DNA from: Basidiobolus meristosporus CBS 931.73
Taxonomy: Eukaryota > Fungi > Basidiobolomycota
Reading direction: 5' to 3'
NCBI GenBank assembly: GCA_002104905.1
Contig: MCFE01000102.1
Span: 107,614-171,613 of the forward strand
DNA: 64,000 nt
Below the pieces are notes generated by a model. It did not search any database. It had not been told where the DNA came from and saw nothing but the letters and a program-made list of their open reading frames with translations. Made by a program: the position numbers and the translations under genes. Of this stretch, positions 12,781 through 26,983 are shown piece by piece (the first letter of the stretch is position 1; the number at the start of each line of letters is the position of its first letter).

Positions 12781-13975
12781 TGGCAACAGAAATAGTGAAA
12801 TGACTCGGCCCACTTTTTTCAGGTCCACTCCGCAGGCATAACAATCGGTCGTGGGGGCCAGATCGGTGGTGACCATCCGACGGATATTGGACTTCTCCAC
12901 TGGCTTTTTAAACGCGATATCTACATATCTGGGCGGAAGAGTTAACTACCCCTTGTGGGGAAAGCAGGTTCACCATCCGAAGCAAACAAACCTAGAAACC
13001 CAGGGATCTCGACGAGAAGAGGCTTCAGAATGGCCACTGGTCGCTGACTCTATTGGACTTGGTGTGAGTTTCTCTTATTATGTGGGGCCTACTGAAACTA
13101 CTCAAAGTCGAAGGTTACTCTAAACAGAACACGGCATACCAACAATCCTTCCACAACACCGGGGACATTTGTTGAGTTGGGATATTTCACCGCATCTCTG
13201 ACAGAAACCCATTATTCGCCAGTGTACTCTAACGACAGGCGTTAGCAAGGAGCACAAGTTTCTGCGGCTTCAAGCCAAACATACCAGGTTAAGTTTATTT
13301 GGTGGTTACTCAAAGAAGGTTAATATGAAGCTAAGGCCTTTGTAAACAGGTTAAGGGGTTAAGGGCAGGATATTACGATGTGGGAAAAAGGAGCCACTCA
13401 AACTGTTTAATATCAAGGATTGCCGGTCTCAACCACCCCATTGACCATGGCGGACAATTTCCTACATGAAACCACAATCCCACTCATGCCACGGAGATTG
13501 TGCGCACAATGAAGAATTTTCGTGGAGTGGAGCAATTGTTGACCATGAAACGGGACTGGCCACGGTCACAAACGATGCACCCTGGACAATCAAATTGCCC
13601 ATTGTCCCTCCAGATCACCAACATATTCAAACAGCCCAACGATCGTTGGATTAATCGAGTAATGAAGAGCGATGATTAATATTTGTAACGAAAAGTAATG
13701 AATTTATAAAAGCATATTGTCATAAACAGTAGTGTCCATAATGTAGAATTAACGAAATATGTAAATGAAACGAATGTTCAAAACCCGAAAACTGATAAAC
13801 CACGGATGCCCATGATGAATCTAAATAAGACTGATTGAAATTTACACTTGATTGTTTGCTTGATTTTAACTATTGATAGCTTAGTTCAATTAGGAGAGTG
13901 AGATATAGAGTGGATTCGTATAAACAGGTTGTTTTGTCAAGAGCAACCACATGTTAGGAGCGTTGTGTTGCGGGT

Positions 13976-14803
13976 TTACCGTCTGGTCAAAGCGCGATGT
14001 GCCTCTGCAAGTTGGTTCTCAAGATTCTTTATCCGCAATGAATATTCGACTTCCTTAGATTGTGCGTTGGTCTTTTCACTCTCCAGCACCGCCAGCTTCA
14101 TCTGGAGTTTAGAATTGTCTGCTTCTAAATCCGAGACCCGTTTCTCCAATGTTTCCATTTTCTGAACCTTGCGCATGCGCGAACGACGAGCAGCATCGGT
14201 ATTCTTCTTGCGCTTCAACGCCACCGGGTCGAGGCTGTTCTCATCTCCCGAAGTATCCCCGCTATCTCTTCTCTTCGTGGAAGGCGGCGATGATGACGGG
14301 GAATTCGATAGTTTGTTGGACTCTGCTTTGACTCGTATGGGATACAGATGTGGATTCGATGTTGGGTGATTTGAAACAAACGACATGATGTCCTGTGAAT
14401 TGGAATGCTGGCGATTAAGCATCGAGTCTGAATTCCCGGCTACATTGGAGTTGAGATCGGGAAAGAAGTTGAGAGCGCCCATTCCCATTGGACTGTGTAG
14501 ACTATTCAGAACCTGCTGGTCAAAAAGAGGCGCATCCATTACGTTCATACCGTTGCTAGGTAGGTTGCCGGGTATCGGAGATTGCAAACTGAAGTCACCT
14601 ATTGGAGAGGGAGCGGCGGAATTCGAGTGGAACTCGTTAACCCATGAATCGAAAAGTGGGCTGGAGTTCGGTGGGATCAATGGGACGCCGGAGAAATCCT
14701 GATTCAAAGGGCTAAAATCAGGATTGTTTGGCAGGGTTTTTGGCTTTTTTTCGATTACAGAAGGTTTGCGGAAGACTACTTCGGAAGTTGTCGCCGGAGG
14801 CAT
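13976..14803 (-). CDS. bZIP transcription factor, Gcn4/CpcA-like
   Basis: Basic region DPVALKRKKNTDAARRSRMRK followed by a leucine zipper. Intronless. Confidence 0.85.
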   Translation of the reverse strand: MPPATTSEVVFRKPSVIEKKPKTLPNNPDFSPLNQDFSGVPLIPPNSSPLFDSWVNEFHSNSAAPSPIGDFSLQSPIPGNLPSNGMNVMDAPLFDQQVLNSLHSPMGMGALNFFPDLNSNVAGNSDSMLNRQHSNSQDIMSFVSNHPTSNPHLYPIRVKAESNKLSNSPSSSPPSTKRRDSGDTSGDENSLDPVALKRKKNTDAARRSRMRKVQKMETLEKRVSDLEADNSKLQMKLAVLESEKTNAQSKEVEYSLRIKNLENQLAEAHRALTRR

Positions 14804-14855
14804 GTTGAACGATTACGCGAAAAATACAGAAATTAGAGTGGGCTGTGGAGGCTTA

Positions 14856-14894
14856 CTAGATAGAGTGCGTTGGGAAGTGTGGATAGAATGGCAT
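14856..14894 (-). promoter_or_regulatory. Candidate uORF (MPFYPHFPTHSI*) upstream of the bZIP
   Basis: The only upstream ATG seen in about 300 nt of leader. It stops 52 nt before the main ATG. Confidence 0.45.
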
Positions 14895-16570
14895 ATAATA
14901 AGGAGGAATAGTCAGCCTCGAGTAGTAAGGTATATTCGCTACAATGGTCTCGTTGCGTTCTCGGAGTATGAAAAGCTTTCTAGGAATTGAGACAGCCAGC
15001 CTGCTAGAGCTTATAACACAAAAATAGTCACCCAAGTTGACGATAGGCAAAAGGACCACAAGCACAAAAAGTAACACTTTACCGAAGTATCCCTTAATAT
15101 ATTTGTCTGGTCAAATTTTGGGGGAAGAAATGCTGATAGGGACCATCGCAGTGTCCAATCTCCTTCGAATGCTTATCCTTATGACCCAATAAGCATCTCG
15201 TAAGAATTAATAGGGGTTAAAATAGTGACTTTCGAGTAGGCTTTCGTGCGTGCCACAGTCCTAGGAATGGTGAAGGTTGAATGAGTATCTGGGCTGTTCC
15301 CAATACCAATCAGCAAGAGATCAGAGCATGATAACAACTCATCTATCAATCGTGCAAATGATTCGTGTGCATGGAGGGGGCTATGAAACTAAGAAGGAAA
15401 TCCCGATGACAAACACAATTGATGGGATGGTCTGTTGCTGGGAAGGAATATTGCCTTGATCCCCACTCGGCTTAACCCGACCCAATAGGTTCATGGGTTC
15501 CCGAGCCTTGTCTTTCTTTGAATTCCGTTCACTATTGGATCAGTCATGATGACCCCGTATGACTCATAATGAGTCACACTGGGATTGGAGCGATGGTGTG
15601 TTGGAAACGGATTTTGAAAAACACGTGGAGTGTCGCGGCTACTCTCCAAGGTGCGTTTCACAGAAACCCGGATGAATATTTAGCAGCGAATGCTACTTTG
15701 AGTTTTGGCAATGAACACCCGAAATACCTGAGGCAATTTACCCAATTTGAGAAGGTGCCATCTCATGTCGCACGACGAGTAGCAGAGCCAGCGCTATCTT
15801 CCATAAATGAAGGATTTGGCTCTTTTCAAATGCTTGTGACCTTGGTAGAAGATCTCTCTCAGCTTTTTGAGTCGACATGAGGTGCTATATATGGATGAGA
15901 ATGGGAAGAATAGGAAATTGCTCTTTGCTTTTCGTTGTTACCTCCGCATGTGACCATGGTTACGAGATCCCCCTCTCTAAACGCTATTGATGTGGCATTC
16001 ATTTGGGTTTAACTTGGGATCGATAAAGAAGGAAGAGGCTACGTATCGAATGATATTCCTGTATTACTTTAAAGGGACCAATTGCAGCCGAGTTTCTTCG
16101 AGATTCTGGCCAATGGTGGGCCTGGATTATATCATCCTTATCAATCGTTCGATATCCATTAGGCCCGCCAAGAGAAGGCAACCCAAGCGCTTTCGACATG
16201 GCACAAAAGATGCATCACTGGCGCCAGTTTGCTCATTCAAGGGTGGATTATATATTTCTCCGAGGTAGCTCTAGCCTATCCAAGAATGCATCGGGATTTC
16301 TTCGTTCCTGAGAGATTGATCGCTCGCTTTGCTCTATCTATCTTCACAACCATGAAGATTGATTTGCAGTGGAGAAACAATTGGGTTTGGGGAGTAGACC
16401 GTTTCACATTCATAGCACATTTACAGCACATTCACAGCACATTCACAAGCCATGCATAGTGATTTGATTATCTTGCTGACAAAGGGAGAACATATCATAC
16501 AACCCAGATGGGTACTTGATTGGTTTATTGCGGAGATGGCCAGTTGATAAAAGTATCCGGAAGCCAAATA

Positions 16571-19378
16571 TCAGGCTTGTTTTTTCGCACGCACTTTCTC
16601 GATCAAATATTTCACTCGTTGTTTGCACTCCTTCTTGGTCCGACCAACCACTGCTTCGGCAATCTTATCCCATCTTTCGCCTTCACCTTTCCAACTGGGT
16701 GGATAGGCCTGGAGAGCACCCTCAAGTTGCGCCTGCTCTTCAGGTGTCCACAATGCTGGATCGGACTTCGTTGTGGGCTTGGGCTCGACTTCAGGTTTAT
16801 CCTTTGCTTCGATAGGAGGCAAATCACTCTCGTATCTTTGCGAAGGCTCTTCGACAAGTCGCGAATCTTTCTGCTTCTTTTGATACTGTAGCTTCTTTAC
16901 AGCTGTAGAATCCATAGCACTGGTGCCTGGAAAATCACAAAAAGGTCAGAGAGCTGGTGGGTTGTTTTACGGTCGCGGGAGTGTTAACCTTGGCGAACTT
17001 CTTTTGATTTCTTGATAATTTCTTCATTTCTCCTGCGTGGGTGACCAGTATGCACAGAAATGTAGTCACTGATTGTTTCCCACCTAGCAACGGGTGTTAC
17101 ATCTCGCCTGTGAAAGGGGTTCAAAACGCCTAATGAAATACTACCGATTGATGGTTCCACCTGGGAATTTGTTGACTGCTTTAATCAGCAGCGAGATTTC
17201 ATCAACTTCCCAAGGCCGTTCTTTACTATTTCTTGGCTTTGGAGCCGGGTGGGCATCTTGAGGGGTGGAGCTTGAGATCGACTTGATTGTCTCGGGATCT
17301 GTCAAACTTCATTTAGAATCCATCAAAACCGAGAGCAAATCACTTGGGGATGCTTAAGACATACCGGATACTAAATGCACGAACGATGTTCCAGATATGG
17401 CCCCTTGCTCCAGAACAGCTTTGGCCTAAGTGCCAATGCACATTAATCAGCTGCAGGAACACTTGGGTTTCGCTAAATGTACCTGGTTTTGTATGACTTT
17501 TGACATGTCTTCCGGAGTCTGTGATTTTTCCATGGCTCCTCTAAGTGTTTCAAGTTCCTCCAGGCTCAAGTTCTCGAAAAGTGTATCAAGTTCTGAGAGC
17601 ATTATGTCAATTTTATCCACAGGAGGAGTCTGGCTTGAGGGGAACAAATAGTTGTGATCCTATGGCGTGACATAGTTAGCGGATGTTTGCAGCGACTAAC
17701 TAAGATCGGTATAGCACCTTGATGATGTTCTTGATGACCTTTCGCTCGCGTCTGTTAGCTTTCTTTTTAGCTTCGCGTTCTCTTTTCTCCTCTTGTTGCT
17801 AGAAGGCTGGTTAAATCTTTTGCTAAGCTACATCCAAAACATTCTAGCCACAAACTCTGATTTTCTCTTCTTCTGCTTGTTGAAGTTGTTTTTGCTTCTC
17901 GGCCTCCTCTTTCTATGGTGCATTAAGCACACGCGTAAGCAGTCATGCCGATGTTCATTCAACGTGTTGGTCGTACCTTTTTAGCTTCTTCTTCAGCTTG
18001 TTTAGCCGCTTGCTCCCTTGCTATCCTTTTACTCTCCTTAGCTATCCTTTCTTCTTCCTTAAATTTGGTAATTCGTGGATCCAGTTTGAGTGCCTGATCT
18101 ATGATGGGATACATTTTAACTCTTCTGCAAGAGAGTCGCACATTGGATGTTAATCACAAACCAACGAGCTTGCGAAGACGAGCAGTGTCTTCCTTCTTTC
18201 TTCTGGCCCTTTCGGCTTTGTTCTTTTTCTCGATGAATCGCTTGTCGTCACGACTGTCGAGTTTTCGATGTGTTATGGTTGGTGGTGGGGGGGGAGAAGA
18301 TGAGCAACACTTACTTTTCAGCCGTTTCCGAATCTTCTTTATCGAGATACTCGAAAGTTCTCCAGGAGTCGAATTTATACCAAAAGTCGTAAAAGCCTTC
18401 AACGTCTTGACGAGATGAGTCGGTATCTCCCAACAACGGCACAGGCTGGATCTTGGAAAACCTAACAAATACCAGTTGCCCATTAATAAACAAGGATAGA
18501 GAAGCGGCTCGCTTGCTGAATTAGTTGTGATACAAACCTGGACTCTCTCTCGAAAACAGGTCTATAAATCTCATAGAAGTCGCCTTCTTCTTTGTTGCCT
18601 GGAATTGTATCCTCTATCGTAGGATCGACTGAATCATATTGAGCTCTTCGAACTGGATCGCTAAGTACCTCCCATGCTATCAGGGTTGTATTATTAATGT
18701 GGTCATTGGGCAGAGTTGCTGTGTCCTAGGAAGTTACCTTTCTGAATACATTTGAAGAAAGAGTCATCGTTGGCATCGCCACCTGAGGCTTTCTTATCTG
18801 GGTGATGTCTGAGGACTCTTCTGCGGTCTGCAAATAGGGTGTTAACTTTCGATTGAAAGGCTGGGAGATGCTCCTTCAACACCTACGGGCTTTCTTTAAT
18901 TGTTCATAACTCGCCTTGTATCTCAGCTTGCTAATACCCAACACTGCGTAATGATCTTGTTCCTACGTTGTGTAAACAACGTTTAGCAATCCCCCTTCCT
19001 ACGCAAATATTCTCAGCTGATTTTACATACTTTCCAATGTTTAGGATCAAGCTGCAACAGCTCCTCCGTTTCTTGATCCTCCTCTAACGTCAAGTCATCC
19101 TCACTAGTGACTGCCTGTATTTTGGCAGCCTGGATGCGTTCATCTTCAGAAAAAGTTCTACAATGTACTTGTCGACGCGCATAGGCAAGATAGAAACGAC
19201 CCACAGGTTCAATATGTCCTGGAGCAAGTTCTATGCACAATTATCATCAATATCTGCTGAACACACTCTACACAACCAACACCTCGTAGTTACCGGAAAT
19301 GCCTCTATGGATCACGGCGGTGTTCTCTTTATTCCACGAAGTTGGTGGTAATGGGAGTGAAAAATGGGCAATCTTCAT
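16571..19378 (-). CDS. ZUO1: Zuotin/DNAJC2 (J domain, RAC head, two SANT domains)
   Basis: [32 protein letters not shown]...[24 protein letters not shown] and a C-terminal [17 protein letters not shown]...[17 protein letters not shown]. Confidence 0.92.
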
Positions 19379-19630
19379 CTTTGCAATTAGCGATGCTTAC
19401 CAACTGAGCACGTCTCTTGAGCAATGGAACAATTTATTGGTTGGTAATGGCCAAAATATTCACATCCAGTGTCGTTCTGGATGATTCTGTTGAGCATAAA
19501 TCCACAATGCGAAAGAAGAATGAAGATCATCGCATGCATATTGTCAGTTAAAATATGCCAAACGATTAAATTTTAAACGCCAGCAATCATTATTTTACAC
19601 TCTATTTCTGAGGATCGCGATGTACATGTA

Positions 19631-21023
19631 CTAGTTGATCAAATTGACACTCACTATTTCATAGATCATTTGTTCTCGGAATTGATGCATATGCCGTTGA
19701 CTGAATGTCAATGGTGATTTTCGGCTTCTGTATTCTGCGTATTGACATGAAAACACGCCACAGTCATAACTGTTTTCTTGCTCAGGGACATCCTATCGAC
19801 GGAGTTAGCCGGTCAAATCAAAGCTAGTCAGTATGCAGGGCATATATATATGAGGGCATACCTTCGGAGTGTTGAGCGTCCATTCAGATAAATCAAGTTC
19901 GATGCCCTTCTTGGCCTTCGCTTCGTTGCCAAGATATTCTTGCAAGATCTGGGGGATTTTCGGTATCAGCAACGACCGAGAAGGGTGATTGGTAAGTATG
20001 GACGTTACTTGGTGGCATTGGGGGTTGTTTGAGAGCAAGGGGTCGTAATAATCAATTCGTTTTTGCTTGATGTCGATGACTGCACAACACCAATGTGCGC
20101 CCAAATGGATAGGAACAAACACCAGTTCTTTCGCAAACAAATCGATCTGGTGACACGATTAGTTCTTTACACACACTCAAACTATCGGGGGTTGAGTACC
20201 TTGCGAGTCCAGCGCTCTACCTTGGTGTATCCGTACTCTGCCAAGAGCGGATAAAAAAACGTATTGAAAAAGTGAATTGCCGGATATTTCTCGGGCTGGT
20301 TGTTTGCGCGCTCCATAATTAGAGCACCATAGAAATTCACAAGCTAAATGTTGAGAGGGGGGGGGTCAAGTCTGATTACTCTGCCGAATACTCGCAAGCC
20401 GACAGTACCTCATCATTCAGCCAACGGTTATCTCGTAATCGTAATATGTCCTCTCTATGGATGGTCATGTTGAAGGCCTCCACAATGATGTTCTCTTGGG
20501 AACGCAATACTTCCGCAACCTCGAGTGAACTTAGTAGAGATTCCATGTAAACTACTATCAATAATATCATACTTTTTCTATTGCAGATTGCTCAAGTGGC
20601 TTCGGCTCTTTTGCTTTATACTCTGACTTTGCTAAAGCCTTTGTAGTCTTAAAGATTAGTGATTCTGCGCTAGTGGAGAGAAAGAGAATTCAGATAGCGG
20701 AACCTTGGTCTCAGGCGACTCGTTTCTTTCTCAACAATAGAATAGCAATTAGGCCGAATGAGCTTTAAAACAGACTTGTATTTATCTTACAATGATAATT
20801 CCTGAACGAAAGTAGTTAAACTATCCAAATGAGTTTCGAACTCATCCTTTGTGTCTTGCTTGTGGCTCACAGTGCTTCCTTCAGAGTCTTTCTACAGAAA
20901 ATTGATCTGGCCGTTAGAGATATAAAAATACACCGGGTGATGCTGGTATTTCCATCAGTTCCAAGCAATGTTCTACTCGACCTCTACCTCTCTAAATTCT
21001 TTGTCAGTTTCTTGATTCTTCAT
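19631..21023 (-). CDS. ULP1: Ulp1/SENP SUMO protease (start codon uncertain)
   Basis: LRDNRWLNDEV, VHLFNTFFYP, FVPIHLGAHWCCAVID...IDYYD and QENSYDCGVF. The His/Asp/Cys triad is present. Confidence 0.8.
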
Positions 21024-21891
21024 ACTTCCTATTGGAATCCGTCAAGAGGGTGAATACAACCCCATGCCTCAACAAGCGCCACTAAAGCCTTATTACCTAT
21101 TTTTCTATTCTTGGATTTGGCTTAACAGATCTATGTTATTGTATTGCTTTCTGCTCCAGTGTCTTATATATATATATATTGAATTTGAATGAGGCTATGT
21201 TGTCGTTGTCTACTAAAGGCCTCGAGCTAATCATAAAACTAGGCAGTTATTTGATATCCCTACTAGAAAGACCTCACGACACCAAAAAACGCACAAGTCG
21301 CTTTGATCATGTAAGTTAGCTATATACACCTGCAAAGCTTTCTGTCAAGTGATTAATACCTTGCTATGGCAATAAACACGAAGATCCAAGGATAGAGTAT
21401 GATCAGTATCAAGTTTCAGGGAATGTCGATTCCTAACCCTCAAGTTGATCAAGGTGATAAATCTCCCTCACATGCATCGATCCAGCCCAGTTTGTATTGG
21501 CAACTATAGCTGCTGAGAATCGCTGCGCTGCTCATATGATTGGTGGTTTTGAGCCGCAATCTATCATTTGATAGTGAAGATTTGTCTCAGCCTGAATGAA
21601 ATGCTGCGCTAATTTGAGGATTCGACTTAACTTCCACGTTAACTTTAGCTGTCCACCACCCATCGTTTTTTGAGATCTCAGCCAAGGGCATTTCCCACAC
21701 GCAGTATTCGCTTTTGACTTTTAGAAATACTCTAGTTTTAGCCATCTTCTCTTCGTAGAAAAGAACAGAATCTTCCGAAATTTGATTGATCGTCGGTAAA
21801 CATACTCAGTTATAGCAAAGTTTGTTCTGAATTTACTAACATCGGTCCTATTGTTCATGCAGCAAAGTTTAAAATTTTGACAAGTGATAAA

Positions 21892-24367
21892 ATGCAGACA
21901 CCCGATACTACTGGGCAACCCGCCAATTATGACCAATATTATTCTACTGCTAACGCGCAATACTACTCATACTATTACCCTCAACAGTACCCTGGTGCTT
22001 CAGGTACTGAGTACACTGATGCTTCCGGACAATACACTTATCAGAACACTCCCACTACATCCGCCACCACAACAGACCCCTCAACCACTACTAACGCATC
22101 GAACTGCTTGGGTCCAAGGTTCGCATCAAACCTACGAAGGGCAACAATATCTATACCCTACAGATTACTCTCAGTATTATCCTGCCCACACCTATGCACA
22201 GTATCAGGGGGGAGCCACTACCACTTCAGTATACCAGGGCCAAGCCTCTGTTTCATCAACTAAGTCTTCTATTGCATCGGCTTATTCAGGTTCAGCAGCT
22301 AAAACAGCTTCGAGTCCTCCCCCTCCCCCGCCAATGCCACAATCCCCACCGCCACCACCGCCACCAACTTCTCATTCATATGATACCTCCAACCCACCAC
22401 CACCACCACCCAGCTCAGAGCTAAAGCCGTCCTTTTCTGGCAACACAAATAGTACATACTTCAGAGGGAGCACCCAACCAGCGAAAGAGGCATATAAGCC
22501 GGCATACACATCGGTGAAGCCAAAGAAAGCGGCCGTCAACAAAACCAACGTTTTTGAAAGCAAGAAGGCTGATACGAAAAGGTCAGTATTTTGACTACAG
22601 CCACTATCAGATAGAGACTTGTGATATTAATCTATTTCTTCAGTCAAGCTAAAGCAAATCCCTCATCTAGTGAATGGCCTGAAAGTTTAAAGTCAGTCGA
22701 CAAGCCATTTTTCAATAGTTATGTTCATTCTACTAACACCGCTCTTTAATAGGGATTACGTCTCTAGAGTCTTTAGTTCGTGCCCTGCCGGAAAAATCGA
22801 CGCTGTTGAGAAAGACCTGAAGGCCCTCATATCAGATCACTTTCGCCGCGGCGTACTTTGGACCACAGACTGGAGTTCCAAAGCACTTCCCAAGTACACA
22901 ATATTTCGGCTATATAGGATGCAAACTGGGTAGTAACCTTCTCTATTTTCTTGCTAGGGCGTGTCAGACCCCCGAGACATCCAAGAAAAGACCACTGTGA
23001 GTTGATCATTTATACATAGCATCCGGCACCATGCTAACCTTAACCCAGCCACAGTCAGCCATCTTCAACTCCCAACAACAAATCAGACGAACTCAGCAAA
23101 AGAGAAAAGAGACTCAAGAGGTTTCAAACTTCCGAGCCGGCCAAGTTGACAGCTACCCCACCTCCGGTTCCTGTTTATAATAGCGTAAGATTCACTGCTG
23201 CATACCACTAGATGGCGTGTACTGACTCTTGGGATTAGGATGTAATCGACTGGGATGAGTACACAATTGTCGGAACCTGCACCAGTCTAGAGAAGCAATA
23301 TCTGCGTCTCACCTCGGTTCGTGGTAGTCATTGCCGCACTGTGACAGCGTATCTTGCTAACTATTCTCTGCTTTCCTTCAGGCTCCGGATCCTGCCACAG
23401 TACGACCACTTCCTGTCCTCAAAAAAACCCTGGAGCTTTTGAAAAAGAAGTGGAGAGCCGAATCGAACTACACATACATCTGTGATCAGTTCAAGTCACT
23501 TCGCCAAGATCTTACAGTGCGTATTGCTCAAAACCAGACCAACCCTTTGCCTGTATTCACCAGCCCGTTATTAGGTCCAACGCATCAAGAATGATTTCAC
23601 TGTAAAAGTATATGAGCAGCATGCCCGTATTGCTCTAGAAAAGGTGAGCACATTACTTCGCACGGTCGGGCCCGAACCGAAGCTTATCTTTTGGTTGATG
23701 TAGGGCGATCTCGGTGAGTACAATCAGTGCCAAACTCAGTTGAAACAACTTTATGCCTACAACATCCCTGGCCATGTAATGGAGTTTACCGCGTATCGTA
23801 TTTTGTATTTCCTGCACACCCGAAACCAGTCAGGTACTTTCAAATCAATCAGCGACCTCGAGGCTACCCCGTTCTAACTTACAGTCTCTGAGGATAGACA
23901 TTAACTCTATGATGGCTGAATTAACTCCACAGCAAAAGGAGGATTCAGCCGTCAAGCATGCTTTGGAGGTGAAGTCCGCCATTTCCATGACCAACTATCA
24001 TTCATTTTTTAGGCTATATCTCACTGCACCAAACATGGGCGGCTACCTGATGGACCACTTTGCCGAAAGAGAGCGAGTCAATGCACTCAAGATCATGTGT
24101 AAATCGTGAGTTCGGCTTCTTCTTTGCTCTCTGGTCGACCCCAAGCTAATGAAGCGTTCCTTTAGGTACCGGCCAGGTCTTGGGACACAATTCATCACCG
24201 AGGAATTAGGTTTTCTGGAATTGCAGGAGTGCATCACATTCTTGGACTCCTACAAAGTTCCCTACTCCGATGCTGGTAAAACAACGTTAAACACGAAAGC
24301 CGCATATCCCATTTTTGTAGAGGCCTCGAAGAAATTCGGCAAGATCGATATCAAGGGACAGATATAA
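21892..24367 (+). CDS. THP3: SAC3/GANP-domain protein, Thp3/LENG8-like
   Basis: Pro/Tyr/Gln-rich N-terminus, then [63 protein letters not shown] and a C-terminal KIDIKGQI. Confidence 0.88.
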
Positions 24368-25663
24368 GAAGCCGGATAGCAAACAAGTATGTCGTTTTTC
24401 CACACCAACGAGAATATCCTCAGTTGCATTCGCACCCAGCACTGAGCCTGGGTCGTTTCGCTCCGTTTTCTTTGTCGTTCCATTTCCCCATTTCTCGTTT
24501 CCCCGCAATTTGCCCGTAATTCTCCAACCTTTTTTTTAAATATCTTCGAGTATTCGTTTCCCATCGAGAGTTGTGCCCATGTTCAAGTCCACTAACAGCA
24601 TCTCAATCTTCGTCGGATCGCGTACTTCTCAGCAGACCCTGCTGGCCACACTCTCGATGATTCACGTGTTTTATGATTGTGATTAGATTTTTCCGGTTCT
24701 CGTAACTTTCATCCCCTTTTCACACCGATTGTCAGTACGATGCCCTCAGCCCCTGGTACCTCGAACCATTCTTTAAGCTACCGCATTCAAAAGATCCCCG
24801 GCTAGCTTGAAGTAGTACGCAGGATACAATCGAGTCTGAGAGGAAGATGCCGAAACATGCACAATACATAGCTACGAACTAATGGACAATCAAAAACATA
24901 GATCGAACTAATAAATATATTTTGAATAGACACCGTGAGTATTGCTCCAGCGGATAGAATCTCCGCAACAAGTACTGTTTATTTAAACTGGGGGGGGGGA
25001 GTCACTGATTAGCCAACACATAGCTGACTAATAGACCAAGCAGTGTAGGGACTTGTATGGGAGGCAGTAGCTCCCTGTACGATTGGTAATAACTTAGGGA
25101 AAACCTGAGCTTTGACAGTTTTCCACTCGTCTATGGATGGTATTTCAATATACAAAATTGCAGTATGTGAAGTGGAAATTCATTCGGCCTTCCGTTTGAC
25201 ACTAAGTATGGCAGCTCTGTTCTTTTTCGCCGTCTTCTTGTAACGCTCGTAGGAGATCTGGACCACGGAGCCTAAGAAAACCAACGATAGTATGCTAAAG
25301 GCTAGAAGTTTCAACTACATGTTAAGGGTAATTAGGTACAACAATAAGACCTAACGTCTTTCTTTCATGGAGATTTCAACGAAGGGTCCTACCTGGAAGT
25401 TGTAATCAAAATTCACTAGTTCCTCATGGACGTCTACCATGGCGTTTAGTAGTTGTATCACTAAAGATATCAACTAATTGCACTGAACTATTCATACTAG
25501 TTTTCACTCGATCTATCATATATGATATTTGGAATGGATTTTATCCCCAATTCTTGAACGAATCATTGTCGCGTATATCCTTAGCATACAAAATAAACCG
25601 ATTCTAGGTAGAGCTAGTGTAAATGCTCGTATTGTTTACATTTTGGATTATATTTAAATATTA

Positions 25664-25926
25664 GAATATTGGCCGCATGGTTATTCTCAACCGTCAAGAC
25701 GACATAGTCATCTAGAGTACGGAAAGACATAGAATATACGGCCCTCTCCGTCAACAGCCGAACTCCACCCGAAGGGCTTCGCTCAAGGCTGGCAGACGGC
25801 GAATCGCTCGATGATGTGCCGGATAGAAATCTACACCACTGATGGGCGAACTCTCGTGGAAGAGAGCTCTGTGTGCTTCGTAGTACCGATTGAAGGTAGG
25901 CAGATGCCTACAATCCACATCAACTG
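25664..25926 (-). ncRNA. snR30: snR30/U17-like H/ACA snoRNA copy 1 (AUA box)
   Basis: 3' hairpin ggccgt-ATATTCTA...AACCAT-gcggcca-ATA. TATAAAAG begins 33 nt upstream of the conserved 5' end. Confidence 0.78.
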
Positions 25927-25951
25927 AAGACATAGGAGAACTCTGTGGCTC

Positions 25952-25959
25952 CTTTTATA
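25952..25959 (-). promoter_or_regulatory. TATA box, flank type B (also upstream of copies 3, 5, 8, 9)
   Basis: TATAAAAG at a constant 33-nt offset from the module. Confidence 0.7.
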
Positions 25960-26405
25960 CAATCAGCTCCGAACTTTTTTTCAACCTTCAATGAACTCAA
26001 CAACAACAACAAACAATAACAGTCCAATAGCCATCCTAAATTTGGTCAGTGATCGATGTTGGTTAATTACTTACACTTTACGACTTGGAAAGCGCTTTCG
26101 GTTACCCAACGATGCTTATATATGAGCTAATTAAGCTTTGAGACCATAGTCTTTCACTCAGTTACCTAGATTCACCTGTCAATCTCTGATATTTGTCATC
26201 AATATTATATTGAAACATAGAGAGAATTCCACTCCCCAGGGATAAATCAAAGAGGTGTCGCTGAAAGGCAGGTTGTCTCAAAGAGGCTGTCATTCATGTT
26301 TATATATGAATAGATGAAGCTTTGATGCCACGAGCTTTCACGCGAATATTTCCATTCACTTGTCAATTCCCGTTATTTGTTTACAATATCATAATCTAGA
26401 TAGTA

Positions 26406-26668
26406 GAATATTGGCCGCATGGTTATTCTCAACCGTCAAGACGACATAGTCGTCTAGAATACGGAAAGACATAGAATATACGGCCCTCTCCATCAGCAGC
26501 CGAACTTCACCCGAAGGGCTTCGCTCAAGGCTGGCAGACGGTGAATCGCTCGATGATGTGCCGGATAGAAATCTACACCACTGATGGGCGAACTCTCGTG
26601 GAAGAGAGCTCTGTGTGCTTCGTAGTACCGATTGAAGGTAGGCAGATGCCTGCAATCCACATCAACTG
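26406..26668 (-). ncRNA. snR30: snR30/U17-like snoRNA copy 2 (AUA box)
   Basis: Same m1/m2/AUA arrangement. TATAAAAAG at 26701, in a different flank. Confidence 0.78.
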
Positions 26669-26692
26669 GTTGCAAAGAATCACACTGGCTCG

Positions 26693-26701
26693 CTTTTTAT
26701 A
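26693..26701 (-). promoter_or_regulatory. TATA box, flank type C (also upstream of copies 4, 6)
   Basis: TATAAAAAG at the same 33-nt offset, although the intervening sequence is unrelated to flank B. Confidence 0.7.
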
Positions 26702-26896
26702 CCAAAGATTTTTATGTACGCAACTTTGTCATTACCTTCCCCCCGTAAAAGGTTCATTGAGAAAAAAAGAAAAAAAGAGACTAAAATTGTTCAATGTATC
26801 ATTTTTACGTGATTCCACATTCTACAGTCGCTCATGTTAGATCATGTACTGATAAACACTATAAAAAGTTGTAGTTAAGTAAGAGTTCATGTTGGG

Positions 26897-26983
26897 ACTT
26901 ATTGGCTGCATGGTTGTTCTCAACATAGTCATCTAGAATACGGAAATATACAGTCATCTCTATCAACAGCCGCAATTACCCCC
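26897..26983 (-). pseudogene. Degenerate 3' fragment of the snR30-like module
   Basis: tattggctgcatggttgttctcaac..catagtcatctagaatacggaaa..tatac matches the module 3' end with two internal deletions, one of which removes most of m1. Confidence 0.65.

Noticed and set aside
15500-16460. Short ORFs as a DNA-transposon remnant
   Set aside because: No recognisable transposase motif or terminal repeat.
24560-25620. Gene between THP3 and the array
   Set aside because: Only short frames with ambiguous splice options are present.
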